Counted from the stretch's first letter, positions 31,508 through 41,101 are shown. The stretch is 42,733 nt of DNA from Burkholderiaceae bacterium (GCA_040377355.1 JBEIOY010000001.1:1-42733), one strand, 5' to 3'. Notes: generated from the letters alone by a model not told the origin. Numbers and translations are program-made.

Positions 31508-31954
31508 ATGCATTGTCCTTTTTGCAAACACCCTGATACACAAGTTCTAGACACTCGTGTATCGGAGGAAGGCGACGTCATCAAACGACGTCGTCGTTGC
31601 GAAAAGTGCGATAAACGTTTTACAACGTATGAACGTCCTGAATTGGCACTCCCAGCCATTGTTAAAAAGAATGCCAGTCGCGTTGAATACAATCGCAGCA
31701 AGATTGTTGACTCAATGGGCATTGCTCTGCGTAAGCGCCCTGTTTCCGCAGAAGCCGTTGAAGAAGCGATTAGAAATATCGAAGAACGCTTACTGGCTAC
31801 CGGCGAAAAAGAAATTGCCAGCGATCGAGTGGGTGAACTCGTGATGCGCGAACTCAAGCGCCTTGATAAAGTTGCCTACATCCGCTTTGCCTCTGTCTAC
31901 AAGAGCTTCGCAGATATCGAATCGTTCGAAAGTGCGCTTAAAGAGCTGAAATAA
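31508..31954 (+). CDS. nrdR: Transcriptional repressor NrdR
   Basis: CPFC...[14 protein letters not shown] zinc ribbon, ATP cone, [10 protein letters not shown]. Confidence 0.97.
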   Translation: MHCPFCKHPDTQVLDTRVSEEGDVIKRRRRCEKCDKRFTTYERPELALPAIVKKNASRVEYNRSKIVDSMGIALRKRPVSAEAVEEAIRNIEERLLATGEKEIASDRVGELVMRELKRLDKVAYIRFASVYKSFADIESFESALKELK

Positions 31955-32164
31955 TTAAGCCCACTTAAGATTTAATTTTCGATTAGAAGTTGCACAATCT
32001 CTGAGGTACAAATTAATCAAGCTCTGATAAGGTATTCCAACTTCTTCAGAGATTCCCTTGAAGTATGAAATTGAATCCTCATCAAGTCGAATAGTTATTT
32101 GTTTTTTAAGCGCAGCTGCATAACTATTTTTCTTAGCCCCAGAGAAGTCGTAGTTCTTACGCAT
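31955..32164 (-). CDS. BrnA/CopG-like antitoxin with no adjacent toxin
   Basis: MRKNYDFS...N.YA..LKKQITIRLD...I.YFK......GIPYQSLINLYLRD; AAGGTG ribosome-binding site. Confidence 0.85.
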   Translation of the reverse strand: MRKNYDFSGAKKNSYAAALKKQITIRLDEDSISYFKGISEEVGIPYQSLINLYLRDCATSNRKLNLKWA

Positions 32165-32353
32165 ATATTCACCTTTATGGATAAAAGTTTTTATAAATCA
32201 CCCTAAATTTTAGGTTTTCTAAAAAGAAATTGTAGTTATTTTTTAACTACATCCATAAAAATGGATCGCAAGATTCATAATTTCAGAAATTTCCTACAAG
32301 CCAATCATCCATAGCTGATTTTCAAGAAGGTCCTGACTTGGCATCATTGATTG

Positions 32354-32569
32354 ATGTCATCCACCACACCTTTCAATTCACTCGGCTTTACCTTCATTGA
32401 GATTTTGATTGCACTCAGCCTACTGAGCGGCTCTTACTTTGTCATTTTTTCCACACAACAATTTCTCGCCAGTCACTCGCTGAAGTTGGAGACCCAATTT
32501 CTAGAGATTCTGCGCGCGAGCGATGATCACGAATTAGAAATCGCGCTGATGGATGAGGGTGATCAGTGA
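32354..32569 (+). CDS. Very short type IV pilin-like protein (PilV-like position)
   Basis: G/FTFIEILIAL class III cleavage-methylation motif followed by a hydrophobic helix. Confidence 0.75.
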   Translation: MSSTTPFNSLGFTFIEILIALSLLSGSYFVIFSTQQFLASHSLKLETQFLEILRASDDHELEIALMDEGDQ

Positions 32570-33219
32570 ATCTCTTAGAAATATTAATCAGTAGCCTCGC
32601 AGGCAGTCTGATCCTCATGAGCTTGACCCAATCAGGCCATCAAATTTATGCATCACTGGATCAGCAAGCAGCAAAAGCAACGCTTCAAAGTGAAGCTCTG
32701 CAAGCCCTGCAAATAATGGGGGAAGCCATTCAAATGGCCAGCACCCCAAAAGGATCGAAGATCCCAAGATTAATGATCAAAAACACTGCGTCAATGAGCA
32801 ATGCTCAAGCAGGTCAATTTCAGATTCGGAAGGGTTCAGCCAGCATGGATGGCTCAGATGCTTTTTTCACCACCAACAAACAAGAAGAGATGGACTACAG
32901 GGCCTTTTTTGTGCAAATGCAAGGACACCATCAGCAACGCGACGGTGTACTGTACATACAAACCAAAAATAAAAAATCTCATTTACAGAACGACGCCTTG
33001 ATTGGCCATGTTCATTCAATGCAAATACAAGCAGGTTTCAAAGAGAATGGATCGATTCAGTGGTACGAACCTCATCAAATCAGCGAGCGCGCAAGCAAAA
33101 ATAACCCGCATTGGAAGCAAGTCAAAGCAGTAAAAATTCATTTAAAACTTCAGAAAGGACCTCACTCACTTGAACTTGAAAAAATCTATGCCTTGCGTCA
33201 CCCAGCCACCAACCAATAA
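32566..33219 (+). CDS. Minor pilin-like protein (PilW-like)
   Basis: Starts MNLLEILIS (E5) with a hydrophobic helix; C-terminal W..VKAVKI.L segment; GTGA overlap with the upstream gene. Confidence 0.65.
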   Translation: MNLLEILISSLAGSLILMSLTQSGHQIYASLDQQAAKATLQSEALQALQIMGEAIQMASTPKGSKIPRLMIKNTASMSNAQAGQFQIRKGSASMDGSDAFFTTNKQEEMDYRAFFVQMQGHHQQRDGVLYIQTKNKKSHLQNDALIGHVHSMQIQAGFKENGSIQWYEPHQISERASKNNPHWKQVKAVKIHLKLQKGPHSLELEKIYALRHPATNQ

Positions 33220-33661
33220 GCCCATCAACAACTCAACTGGCTTCATATTGATCACTCTGCTGAGCTTTATTCTGCTGACGACTTTATCCATAGCAGCGAT
33301 CCTTAATATGACTATCACTCAGATCAGAATACTGGGCAGTGAAAAATCATATTTAGAGAATTTCAAGCTAACAGAGAAAAAGTTAATCAGCGCTGAAAGA
33401 TTGATGTCTCAAGGGCTTGATGTCAATCACCTGGTTGAAACAGAGACCTTCCGACCAAAAAACTTCAGAAGCAAAGCTGGGATCAGTAGTCAACATTTCA
33501 AATTAACAGCAACGACTCAACATCAGCAGGGTCGAACTCAAATTCAAAGCATCATCAGGGTGGATGTTCCAAAAGAAACTTCTTCAAGCTCGAAGAAAAC
33601 CTCAGCAACACCCAGAAAAAATGAGAGGGCCGTACAACGCCTTGAATGGAAAAAGCCTTGA
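33188..33661 (+). CDS. Minor pilin-like protein (PilX-like)
   Basis: G/FILITLLSFILL without Glu5, as is typical of PilX/GspK; third gene of the cluster. Confidence 0.6.
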   Translation: MPCVTQPPTNKPINNSTGFILITLLSFILLTTLSIAAILNMTITQIRILGSEKSYLENFKLTEKKLISAERLMSQGLDVNHLVETETFRPKNFRSKAGISSQHFKLTATTQHQQGRTQIQSIIRVDVPKETSSSSKKTSATPRKNERAVQRLEWKKP

Positions 33662-34266
33662 CTGCCTTAGCTGCTTTTACTCGATTCGCCAATCTTTCAA
33701 CCAAAGGCTTTACATTGATCGAAGTATTGATCTGTCTTGCAATGATGGCCGCCATGTCTGCAATTGCCGCACATTTGTTCAGTCAACAAATCGCACTCTT
33801 ACAACTGAATGAGGTCAGTCATGCATTTATTCAAGATGCGCAATTAGCTAGGCAGCTATCAAGACAAACTGATAAAACTGTGACGCTCAAACCGCTGGGC
33901 CATACTGAATTCAGAGATTGGTCTGATGGCTGGGAAATTACTCAAGATGTATTTTCTACTGAAGCATCCAATAAAACACTCAAGCAATATCCTTTGCATG
34001 GTGGCCATTTAAAAGGTCGCATTCAGGTGGCTCAAGATTCACTGAAAGACAGTCAGCAATTCACTGACATGAGCGCCCCGCAAAAAGCCCGGCACATCAG
34101 CTTTGAATCTGGAAAAGCAGCCCTGCTGAATAATGGCGGGTTTGTGGCCAACCGCATCATTTGGCAACACCGACAGCACCCTAATCTACAAATGCATGTC
34201 ATCTTGGGTCCTGGGGGACGTTGGCGAAGCTGCAATCCCAATAGGGATCATCAAAAATGTCTGTAA
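33646..34266 (+). CDS. GspH/FimT family pseudopilin
   Basis: KG/FTLIEVLICLA, Q.AR..S, DWSDGW, C-terminal G.GGRWR. Confidence 0.8.
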   Translation: MEKALTALAAFTRFANLSTKGFTLIEVLICLAMMAAMSAIAAHLFSQQIALLQLNEVSHAFIQDAQLARQLSRQTDKTVTLKPLGHTEFRDWSDGWEITQDVFSTEASNKTLKQYPLHGGHLKGRIQVAQDSLKDSQQFTDMSAPQKARHISFESGKAALLNNGGFVANRIIWQHRQHPNLQMHVILGPGGRWRSCNPNRDHQKCL

Positions 34267-34323
34267 AGTATTTGAATCACCTCTAAAATAAAGCATCTCT
34301 TCAGCTTTCAATTAAAACTATTT

Positions 34324-35460
34324 ATGTACACCCCCAGTGATCATGACCACATGACCATGGCCTTGGCAGAAGCCAAGAAAGCCATGTTCGTGAGCAACCC
34401 AAATCCACGGGTGGGGTGTGTCATTGTTAAAAATAATGAAGTGCTGGGGGTAGGTCATACACAAGTGGTCGGCTCAGATCATGCAGAAATCAATGCGCTC
34501 AAAGATGCCAAAACTAGAGGTCTAGATGTGACCGGTGCAACGATGTATGTCACGTTAGAGCCTTGCTGTCATCATGGGCGCACACCTCCTTGCACTGATA
34601 GCTTGATCGCGGCCAAAGTATCAACCGTGATTGCCGCCATGACGGATCCCAATCCTTTGGTGGCAGGACAAGGATTAGAAACACTCAGAGCTTCAGGCAT
34701 TGAAGTGCGTTGTGGTCTTCTGGAAAAAGAAGCCATGGAACTCAACCCCGGCTTCATCAAACGCATGACGCAAAAGAAACCATGGGTGCGCATGAAAATT
34801 GCTGTGAGTCTCGACGGTAAAACCGCTCTTCATAACGGCGTAAGTCAATGGATCACCAGTGCAGGTGCTAGACACGATGGTCATCTGTGGCGCGCCAGAG
34901 CTTGCTGCATCCTCACAGGCATCGGCACCGTCAAAGAAGACGACCCTCAATTGAATGTCAGAGACGTTCATCCAAAAGATATTTCTATAAGACAACCAAT
35001 GCGAGTCTTGATTGATTCATTTTTGGAAGTTCCGCTCAATGCAAAAATTTTGGATGAGACCATCGGTGGTCACACGATGGTTGTTTGTGGACAAGTGGAT
35101 GATGCTCACTTCGCCAAAATGGAAATTGCTTTAAAAGCCAAGAATGTCACTTTGATAAAAATGGCTGACACATCCAATCCAAAAGGCAAAGTTGATTTAT
35201 CTGCTTTATTCACTTACTTGGCAGAAAAGTGTCACGTCAATGAAGTACACGTTGAAGCGGGCTTCAAACTCAATGGCTCATTGCTTCGCGAAAATTGCGT
35301 CGATGAGCTATTGATCTACATGGCACCAAAACTTTTAGGCGATGCTCAAGGAATGGCTAACTTGCCTGCTCTAACAAGTCTTGATGGCGTTGATGCTTGG
35401 GATATGATGGATCATCAAACCATCGGCCATGACTTACGTTTGCGTCTTAGAAAAAAGTAA
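34324..35460 (+). CDS. ribD: Bifunctional pyrimidine deaminase/reductase
   Basis: PNPRVG, HAE, TLEPCCH.GRTPPC, SLDG, S.WIT, DDP.L.VR. Confidence 0.97.
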   Translation: MYTPSDHDHMTMALAEAKKAMFVSNPNPRVGCVIVKNNEVLGVGHTQVVGSDHAEINALKDAKTRGLDVTGATMYVTLEPCCHHGRTPPCTDSLIAAKVSTVIAAMTDPNPLVAGQGLETLRASGIEVRCGLLEKEAMELNPGFIKRMTQKKPWVRMKIAVSLDGKTALHNGVSQWITSAGARHDGHLWRARACCILTGIGTVKEDDPQLNVRDVHPKDISIRQPMRVLIDSFLEVPLNAKILDETIGGHTMVVCGQVDDAHFAKMEIALKAKNVTLIKMADTSNPKGKVDLSALFTYLAEKCHVNEVHVEAGFKLNGSLLRENCVDELLIYMAPKLLGDAQGMANLPALTSLDGVDAWDMMDHQTIGHDLRLRLRKK

Positions 35461-35477
35461 CTTATAAAGAAAAACTT

Positions 35478-36110
35478 ATGTTTACAGGAATCATTCAAGC
35501 CATCGGACACATCGACACCGTTGAAAAACTCGGTGATGGCTTTCGTTTACATATCAACGCCGGAAAATTAGACATGACTGATGTTCAATTGGGCGACAGC
35601 ATTGCGCTTCAAGGTGCATGCATGACTGTGGTCTCGATGACGACCTCACATTTTGCGATTGATATCTCAGCAGAGTCTTTAGATAAAACCACGGGCTTGG
35701 ATAAACCTGGTCACATCAATCTTGAAAAAGCATTGCGCTTCAATGATCGCTTGGGCGGTCACTTGGTCAGCGGTCATGTGGATGGCATGGGCACGGTGAC
35801 ACTGTTTGAACAAGTCGAACAAATTAAAACCAATGAATCTCAAAACAATGAAGGCTCATGGCATTTGGTCATCAAAGCGCCCCTATCTTTAGCCAAGTAC
35901 TTGGCTTACAAAGGGTCGATCGTAGTTAATGGCACATCGTTGACCGTCAACAAAGTTGAGGACCTCAAAGATGGCTGCCTGATGCACATCAACCTCATCC
36001 CACACACGCTTCAAAATACCACCCTTCAATACCTCAAGGCTGGATCCTTGGTCAATCTAGAGGTTGATTTGATTGCGCGTTATGTTGAGCGCATGCTCAA
36101 GCCCAATTAA
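35478..36110 (+). CDS. ribE: Riboflavin synthase (called ribC in E. coli)
   Basis: MFTGII, GGHLVSGHVD, KGSI.VNG.SLTV, IPHT, NLEVD. Confidence 0.96.
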   Translation: MFTGIIQAIGHIDTVEKLGDGFRLHINAGKLDMTDVQLGDSIALQGACMTVVSMTTSHFAIDISAESLDKTTGLDKPGHINLEKALRFNDRLGGHLVSGHVDGMGTVTLFEQVEQIKTNESQNNEGSWHLVIKAPLSLAKYLAYKGSIVVNGTSLTVNKVEDLKDGCLMHINLIPHTLQNTTLQYLKAGSLVNLEVDLIARYVERMLKPN

Positions 36111-36208
36111 GCCTGAATGAGTCCTGATCGAGTAAAAGGCTCGCGCATCAACTAAAAGATAGTTAAAAACTCAGCATAGGCTCAAAAAAGCTTTAAAATC
36201 ACGGGTCT

Positions 36209-37342
36209 ATGCCAAGCACAACCTATTCCCTCGCCTCTACCGAAGAAATCATCGCCGACATGCGTGCCGGCAAGATGGTCGTTTTAGTCGATGAAGAAGA
36301 TCGTGAAAATGAAGGTGACTTGGTGCTCGCTGCTGATCACGTCACACCTGAAGCGATTAACTTCATGGCCAAACATGGTCGAGGTTTGATTTGTTTGACC
36401 TTGACTCGCGAACGTTGCGAGCAACTGAATTTGCCCCTGATGGTGCGCGACAACACTGCAGCTCTTGGCACTAATTTCACTGTATCGATTGAAGCAGCTG
36501 AAGGAGTTACCACTGGAATTTCTGCTGCTGATCGCTCTCACACAGTCAAAGTGGCGGTTGCTCCAACAGCGAAACCTCGCGATATTGTGATGCCCGGTCA
36601 TATTTTCCCTCTCATGGCGCAAGCGGGTGGCGTTTTGGTGCGCTCTGGTCACACTGAAGCTGGATGTGATCTAGCTGAGCTTGCAGGATGCAGTCCAGCG
36701 GCCGTGATTTGTGAAATCATGAAAGACGATGGCGAGATGGCTCGCTTACCTGACTTGGTTGAATTTGCCAAGGCGCATCAATTAAAAATTGGCACCATCG
36801 TTGATTTGATTCATTACCGCAGTCGCAATGAAAGCATCATCAGCCGCCAAGGCACGCGAGTATTTAATACCCCATGGGGCCCCTTACAAGGCATTGCTTA
36901 TAAAGACAGTCCAACGGGTTGTGCGCACTTAGCCTTGATCAAAGGCCAACCAAATCCAAACCAAGAAACCTTGGTGCGTGTTCATGAACCTGCCACCATT
37001 CTTGATTTACTCGAAACAGAATCTACCAGCCACTCATGGCCTGTGGCTCAAGCCATCAAAACCATCGCTGAAAGTGATGCTGGTGCGATCGTCTTATTGA
37101 ATTGCGCTGGCACTGCTGCTGTGAACACGGATGCGTGGTTCAATCAGCTAGGCAAACTAGATGGCATTGCACCGTTAAATCCTCTAAGAAAAACTGATTT
37201 CCGCACCTATGGTATTGGTGCGCAAATTTTGAAGGATTTGGGCATCCGCAAAATGAAGCTATTGGCCAAGCCAGGTAAGTTACCAACGATGGCTGGTTAC
37301 GACTTAGAAGTCACCGGACATTTGCCATATCAAACAACATAA
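36209..37342 (+). CDS. ribBA: DHBP synthase fused to a degenerate GTP cyclohydrolase II domain (RibBA/RibBX type)
   Basis: [36 protein letters not shown]; the C-terminal domain has VRVH and R.YGIGAQIL but lacks the zinc cysteines. Confidence 0.93.
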   Translation: MPSTTYSLASTEEIIADMRAGKMVVLVDEEDRENEGDLVLAADHVTPEAINFMAKHGRGLICLTLTRERCEQLNLPLMVRDNTAALGTNFTVSIEAAEGVTTGISAADRSHTVKVAVAPTAKPRDIVMPGHIFPLMAQAGGVLVRSGHTEAGCDLAELAGCSPAAVICEIMKDDGEMARLPDLVEFAKAHQLKIGTIVDLIHYRSRNESIISRQGTRVFNTPWGPLQGIAYKDSPTGCAHLALIKGQPNPNQETLVRVHEPATILDLLETESTSHSWPVAQAIKTIAESDAGAIVLLNCAGTAAVNTDAWFNQLGKLDGIAPLNPLRKTDFRTYGIGAQILKDLGIRKMKLLAKPGKLPTMAGYDLEVTGHLPYQTT

Positions 37343-37391
37343 TTAGTTTTAGCGATTTTTAGTTTTATCACCATCACACACAAAGGCTCCT

Positions 37392-37883
37392 ATGTCACTA
37401 TCAAACATTGATCGAATTGAAGCAGACTTAAACGGTCAAGATCTTTGCATCGGTATTGTGCAAGCTCGCTTCAATGCACCCATTTGTGAAGCTTTGACAG
37501 AAGCTTGCGTCAAAGAATTATTGGCCCTAGGTGTTGCTGAGCCTGACATTGTGATCACGACTGTTCCAGGCGCCCTAGAAATTCCTTTGGCCCTTCAAAA
37601 ACTCACTGAGAGTGGCGAGTTCGATTCATTGATTGCTTTGGGTGCTGTGATTCGCGGTGAAACCTATCACTTTGAACTTGTCTCTAATGAATCGGGTGCT
37701 GGCATCTCACGTGTTGGTCTTGATTACGGTATTCCAATTGCGAATGGTGTTCTTACCTGTGAGACAGATGAACAAGCTCAAGCACGTGTTCTTGAAAAAG
37801 GCCGTGACTGTGCTCGCACCGCTGTTGAAATGGCCAACCTATCAATTGGCTTGACACCTGATGATGAAGTTGAAGAAGACTGA
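37392..37883 (+). CDS. ribH: 6,7-dimethyl-8-ribityllumazine synthase
   Basis: [30 protein letters not shown]. Confidence 0.97.
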   Translation: MSLSNIDRIEADLNGQDLCIGIVQARFNAPICEALTEACVKELLALGVAEPDIVITTVPGALEIPLALQKLTESGEFDSLIALGAVIRGETYHFELVSNESGAGISRVGLDYGIPIANGVLTCETDEQAQARVLEKGRDCARTAVEMANLSIGLTPDDEVEED

Positions 37884-37928
37884 TCAACATCCAAGAAAAT
37901 AATACTCAAGAGAGCCCATTGGTAACTT

Positions 37929-38423
37929 ATGAACTTTGACCCCCAACAACTGAGTAGGCCAATTTCATCTGTCACGGTGAAACGGTCTTTGACGCCACGT
38001 CGCCGTGCACGCGAATACGCATTGCAAGGTGTCTATCAATGGTTGGTGATCAAAGCAGCTGGTGGTTTTTCAGACTTCGCAACGATTGCCAAGCAGTTGG
38101 GTGAAGACCCTGGCTTTAAAAAAGCTCAAAAAGAATTATTTGATCATTTATTCTCTGGGGTCGTGGATCACTACGACACTCTTGAGAATCACATCAAACA
38201 GCACATCGATCGCCCCATGGAAGAGTTATCTCCTGTTGAGTATGGCGCCCTTCTCATCGCTGCATTTGAATTAGCTCAAGATATCAGTGTGCCATTCAAG
38301 GTGGCCATTAATGAGGCTGTGGAGCTTGCTAAGGTATTTGGTGGCACGGATGGTCACAAGTATGTGAATGGTGTTCTAGATAAGTTGGCTCAACAACTTA
38401 GACCGCATGAGATGTCATGCTAG
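37929..38423 (+). CDS. nusB: Transcription antitermination factor
   Basis: RRRARE.ALQ..YQ, INEAVELAK.FG, YVNGVLD. Confidence 0.96.
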   Translation: MNFDPQQLSRPISSVTVKRSLTPRRRAREYALQGVYQWLVIKAAGGFSDFATIAKQLGEDPGFKKAQKELFDHLFSGVVDHYDTLENHIKQHIDRPMEELSPVEYGALLIAAFELAQDISVPFKVAINEAVELAKVFGGTDGHKYVNGVLDKLAQQLRPHEMSC

Positions 38424-38469
38424 GCGATTGCCCTGAAGTGAAGTTGAGCTGAAACTCAGTCGAAGATAG

Positions 38470-39267
38470 TTAATAAAGACTTTGGCCTAAGCTGGCAACT
38501 CTCAACGCTGCAGCATGTCTTAAGCGACTTCTTTCAGCCAATACCTTTTCGCCATAACCACCATCACTTATAAAAATGGATGAGGCGCCAACATACAAAC
38601 GCAAGCCTGCGTTCAAAGAACCGCCTTTAGCTATGTACTCACGAAGAATCAAAGATCCCACGCGCATGTTGGCGTCTGGATCTAAAGCAGCTTCATGTCC
38701 GCCAAATAGTTGGAACTTTTCTACGTGAACGCGAGTCATGACCTGCATCAGACCTTGGGCACCCTTTTTGCTCTCAGCCAAAGGGTTAAAACTTGACTCT
38801 ACAGCCGTAACGGCCAAGATGAGGGTTGGGTCCAAGCCCACCTCACGACTAACTACCATGGCCTTATCAACAAAATCTAAGCTGGCTGAGTGAGCAATCT
38901 TGTATTTATTGGATATATAAGAAGCAACCGCCTGACGCTCGGCACCTGACTTAAGAATTTTTGGGTCTACGGCATTTGTATCTACCAAGCTTGTTGGAAT
39001 CTTGGCAGCCTGAGGAGCGACCGATGGAACTGGGTCAAATCCGTTTTGGAATATTTGGTAAGCCTCAGCCGGAATCAACCAAGAAGCCAATTCAACACGC
39101 AAGGGCTGACTCATCCACATGGCCAACACCACGAAAGAGGCTAAAACACCCAGGGAGCTCATCACGCCCTTCATCTTAGTTTTGGCCATAGACAACAAGT
39201 CAAAGGGCGTAGATCTGCCACTGCCCTGTATGCCTGTAATAACCATCTTCAAAGTGTTTGTGTTCAT
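38470..39267 (-). CDS. Lytic transglycosylase (SLT domain) with an N-terminal membrane anchor
   Basis: LDP.LILAV..VESSFNP.A.S..GAQGLMQV, N..VG..IL..Y. Confidence 0.9.
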   Translation of the reverse strand: MNTNTLKMVITGIQGSGRSTPFDLLSMAKTKMKGVMSSLGVLASFVVLAMWMSQPLRVELASWLIPAEAYQIFQNGFDPVPSVAPQAAKIPTSLVDTNAVDPKILKSGAERQAVASYISNKYKIAHSASLDFVDKAMVVSREVGLDPTLILAVTAVESSFNPLAESKKGAQGLMQVMTRVHVEKFQLFGGHEAALDPDANMRVGSLILREYIAKGGSLNAGLRLYVGASSIFISDGGYGEKVLAERSRLRHAAALRVASLGQSLY

Positions 39268-39445
39268 ATCTACCTTCTAAAAAGTGTCCTGTTCACTGAT
39301 TCAAACTAAAGCATTGAAATTTGTGCACCGCAACATCTCTTTGAGTTGATGCATATTAGGAAAGGTTATATACACTGTCAAGCATATAGAAAACTAATTT
39401 TAATCTTTTTAGTTATTAAAAGACTGTATAAAGCATCATGCTCCC

Positions 39446-39454
39446 TGTGGATAA
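39446..39454 (-). promoter_or_regulatory. Consensus DnaA box
   Basis: TGTGGATAA, the reverse complement of TTATCCACA, in an intergenic region. Confidence 0.5.
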
Positions 39455-39709
39455 GGTGGGTGAGCCATTGACGGATAAGGGTAAATTTTATGTTAGTAAG
39501 CACTAATTTTATATTCTGAAATAACTACATTTAGTGGTTTTTTTTGATTAAAAACCATAGATTGATTCAGCATTCCAGAAATATCAGGGTTTTAACTTAT
39601 CCCTAACAACGACAGCCATCAAGAAAACTTATTGTTGCAGAGCCTCTCGATGAAACAAAGATTCAGCAAAACAAGTAAGTCCGGATAAGTTAAGGCAAAA
39701 TCAGGCCCT

Positions 39710-41101
39710 ATGACAAACCAATTCTTTGAAGTAAACAATCCAGCCAATCAACAAATCATTGCTCAGGTCCCTAATATGACCGCAGCAGATGCTTTACGTG
39801 CAGTTGATCAGGCGCACGCAGCACTGCCCGCCTGGAAAGCAAGAACCGGTAAAGACAGAGCACAGTTATTAAGGCGCTGGTTTGACCTCATGAACCGTGA
39901 TGCTGATCGTCTGGCTCGTTTGATGACTGAAGAACAAGGCAAAGCATTGATGGAGGCCAAAGGTGAGGTCACCTACGCAGCCTCCTTCATTGAGTGGTTT
40001 GCTGAGGAAGCTAAGCGCGTGATGGGAGCCATTCCTGCCAGTCCTTGGTCTGATAAACGCATGTTGGTGCTCAAGCAAGCCATCGGGGTGTGTGTTTCGA
40101 TCACCCCTTGGAACTTTCCTTTAGCCATGATCACGCGCAAAGTAGCCCCAGCCATTGCTGCTGGTTGCACGATTGTCATAAAACCTGCTGAACAAACACC
40201 TTTGTCAGCTTTGGCACTAGTAGAACTAGCCAAAGAAGCTGGCATCCCGGATGGCGTGATCAATCTCGTAACAGCGGACGCAAAGAACTCTATCGAGATT
40301 GGTAAAGCGCTTTGTGACTCCCCAGTGGTTCGCCACCTTTCTTTCACTGGTTCAACCCCAGTGGGTAGAATTTTGATGGAGCAATGCGCCCCCACCATTA
40401 AAAAGGTGGCGCTTGAACTGGGTGGTCATGCCCCCTTCATTGTTTTTGAAGACGCTGATTTGGACGACGCTGTCAGCGGCGCGATGCAATCTAAATATCG
40501 GAATGCTGGTCAAACCTGTGTTTGCACCAATCGCTTTTATGTTCATGAGAGCTTGCATGATGCATTTGTCGAGAAACTCTCTCAGGCCACCAAGCACCTC
40601 GTCATTGGTCCAGGATTAGACAAAGGTGTTCAGTTAGGTCCATTGATTGATCAACAAGCCATTGATAAAGTTGAGCAACACGTTCAAGATGCGGTTGCCA
40701 AAGGGGCCCGCGTGATGGCCGGAGGTAAGCGCCACGCTTTAGGAGGTACTTTTTATGAGCCGACTGTTTTAGCAGGCGTTAAAAAAGGCATGTTGATCAC
40801 CGAAGAGGAAACCTTTGGCCCCGTGGCCGCAGTAATTCCTTTCACTTCAGAGTCAGAAGTGATTCAGATGGCCAATGACAGCGAGTTCGGTTTGGCTTCT
40901 TATTTCTACAGCAAAGACATTAGTCGCATTTGGAGGGTGGCTGAAGCTTTGGAGTTTGGCATGGTCGGCGTGAACACCGGCACAATCTCAAGTGAAGTGG
41001 GGCCTTTTGGAGGCGTCAAACAATCAGGTCTTGGTAGAGAAGGCAGTGTCTGGGGAATGGATGAGTACTTAGAAATTAAGTATGTTTGCTTGGGGCTTTA
41101 A
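39710..41101 (+). CDS. gabD: NAD(P)-dependent succinate-semialdehyde dehydrogenase
   Basis: ITPWNFP.AMITRK, FTGST, ELGG, RNAGQTCVC, EETFGP, PFGGVKQSG.GREG. Confidence 0.88.
   Translation: MTNQFFEVNNPANQQIIAQVPNMTAADALRAVDQAHAALPAWKARTGKDRAQLLRRWFDLMNRDADRLARLMTEEQGKALMEAKGEVTYAASFIEWFAEEAKRVMGAIPASPWSDKRMLVLKQAIGVCVSITPWNFPLAMITRKVAPAIAAGCTIVIKPAEQTPLSALALVELAKEAGIPDGVINLVTADAKNSIEIGKALCDSPVVRHLSFTGSTPVGRILMEQCAPTIKKVALELGGHAPFIVFEDADLDDAVSGAMQSKYRNAGQTCVCTNRFYVHESLHDAFVEKLSQATKHLVIGPGLDKGVQLGPLIDQQAIDKVEQHVQDAVAKGARVMAGGKRHALGGTFYEPTVLAGVKKGMLITEEETFGPVAAVIPFTSESEVIQMANDSEFGLASYFYSKDISRIWRVAEALEFGMVGVNTGTISSEVGPFGGVKQSGLGREGSVWGMDEYLEIKYVCLGL

Noticed and set aside
34267-36208. FMN riboswitch upstream of ribD, ribE or ribBA
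   Set aside because: The gaps are 57, 17 and 98 bp and lack the conserved FMN aptamer sequences.
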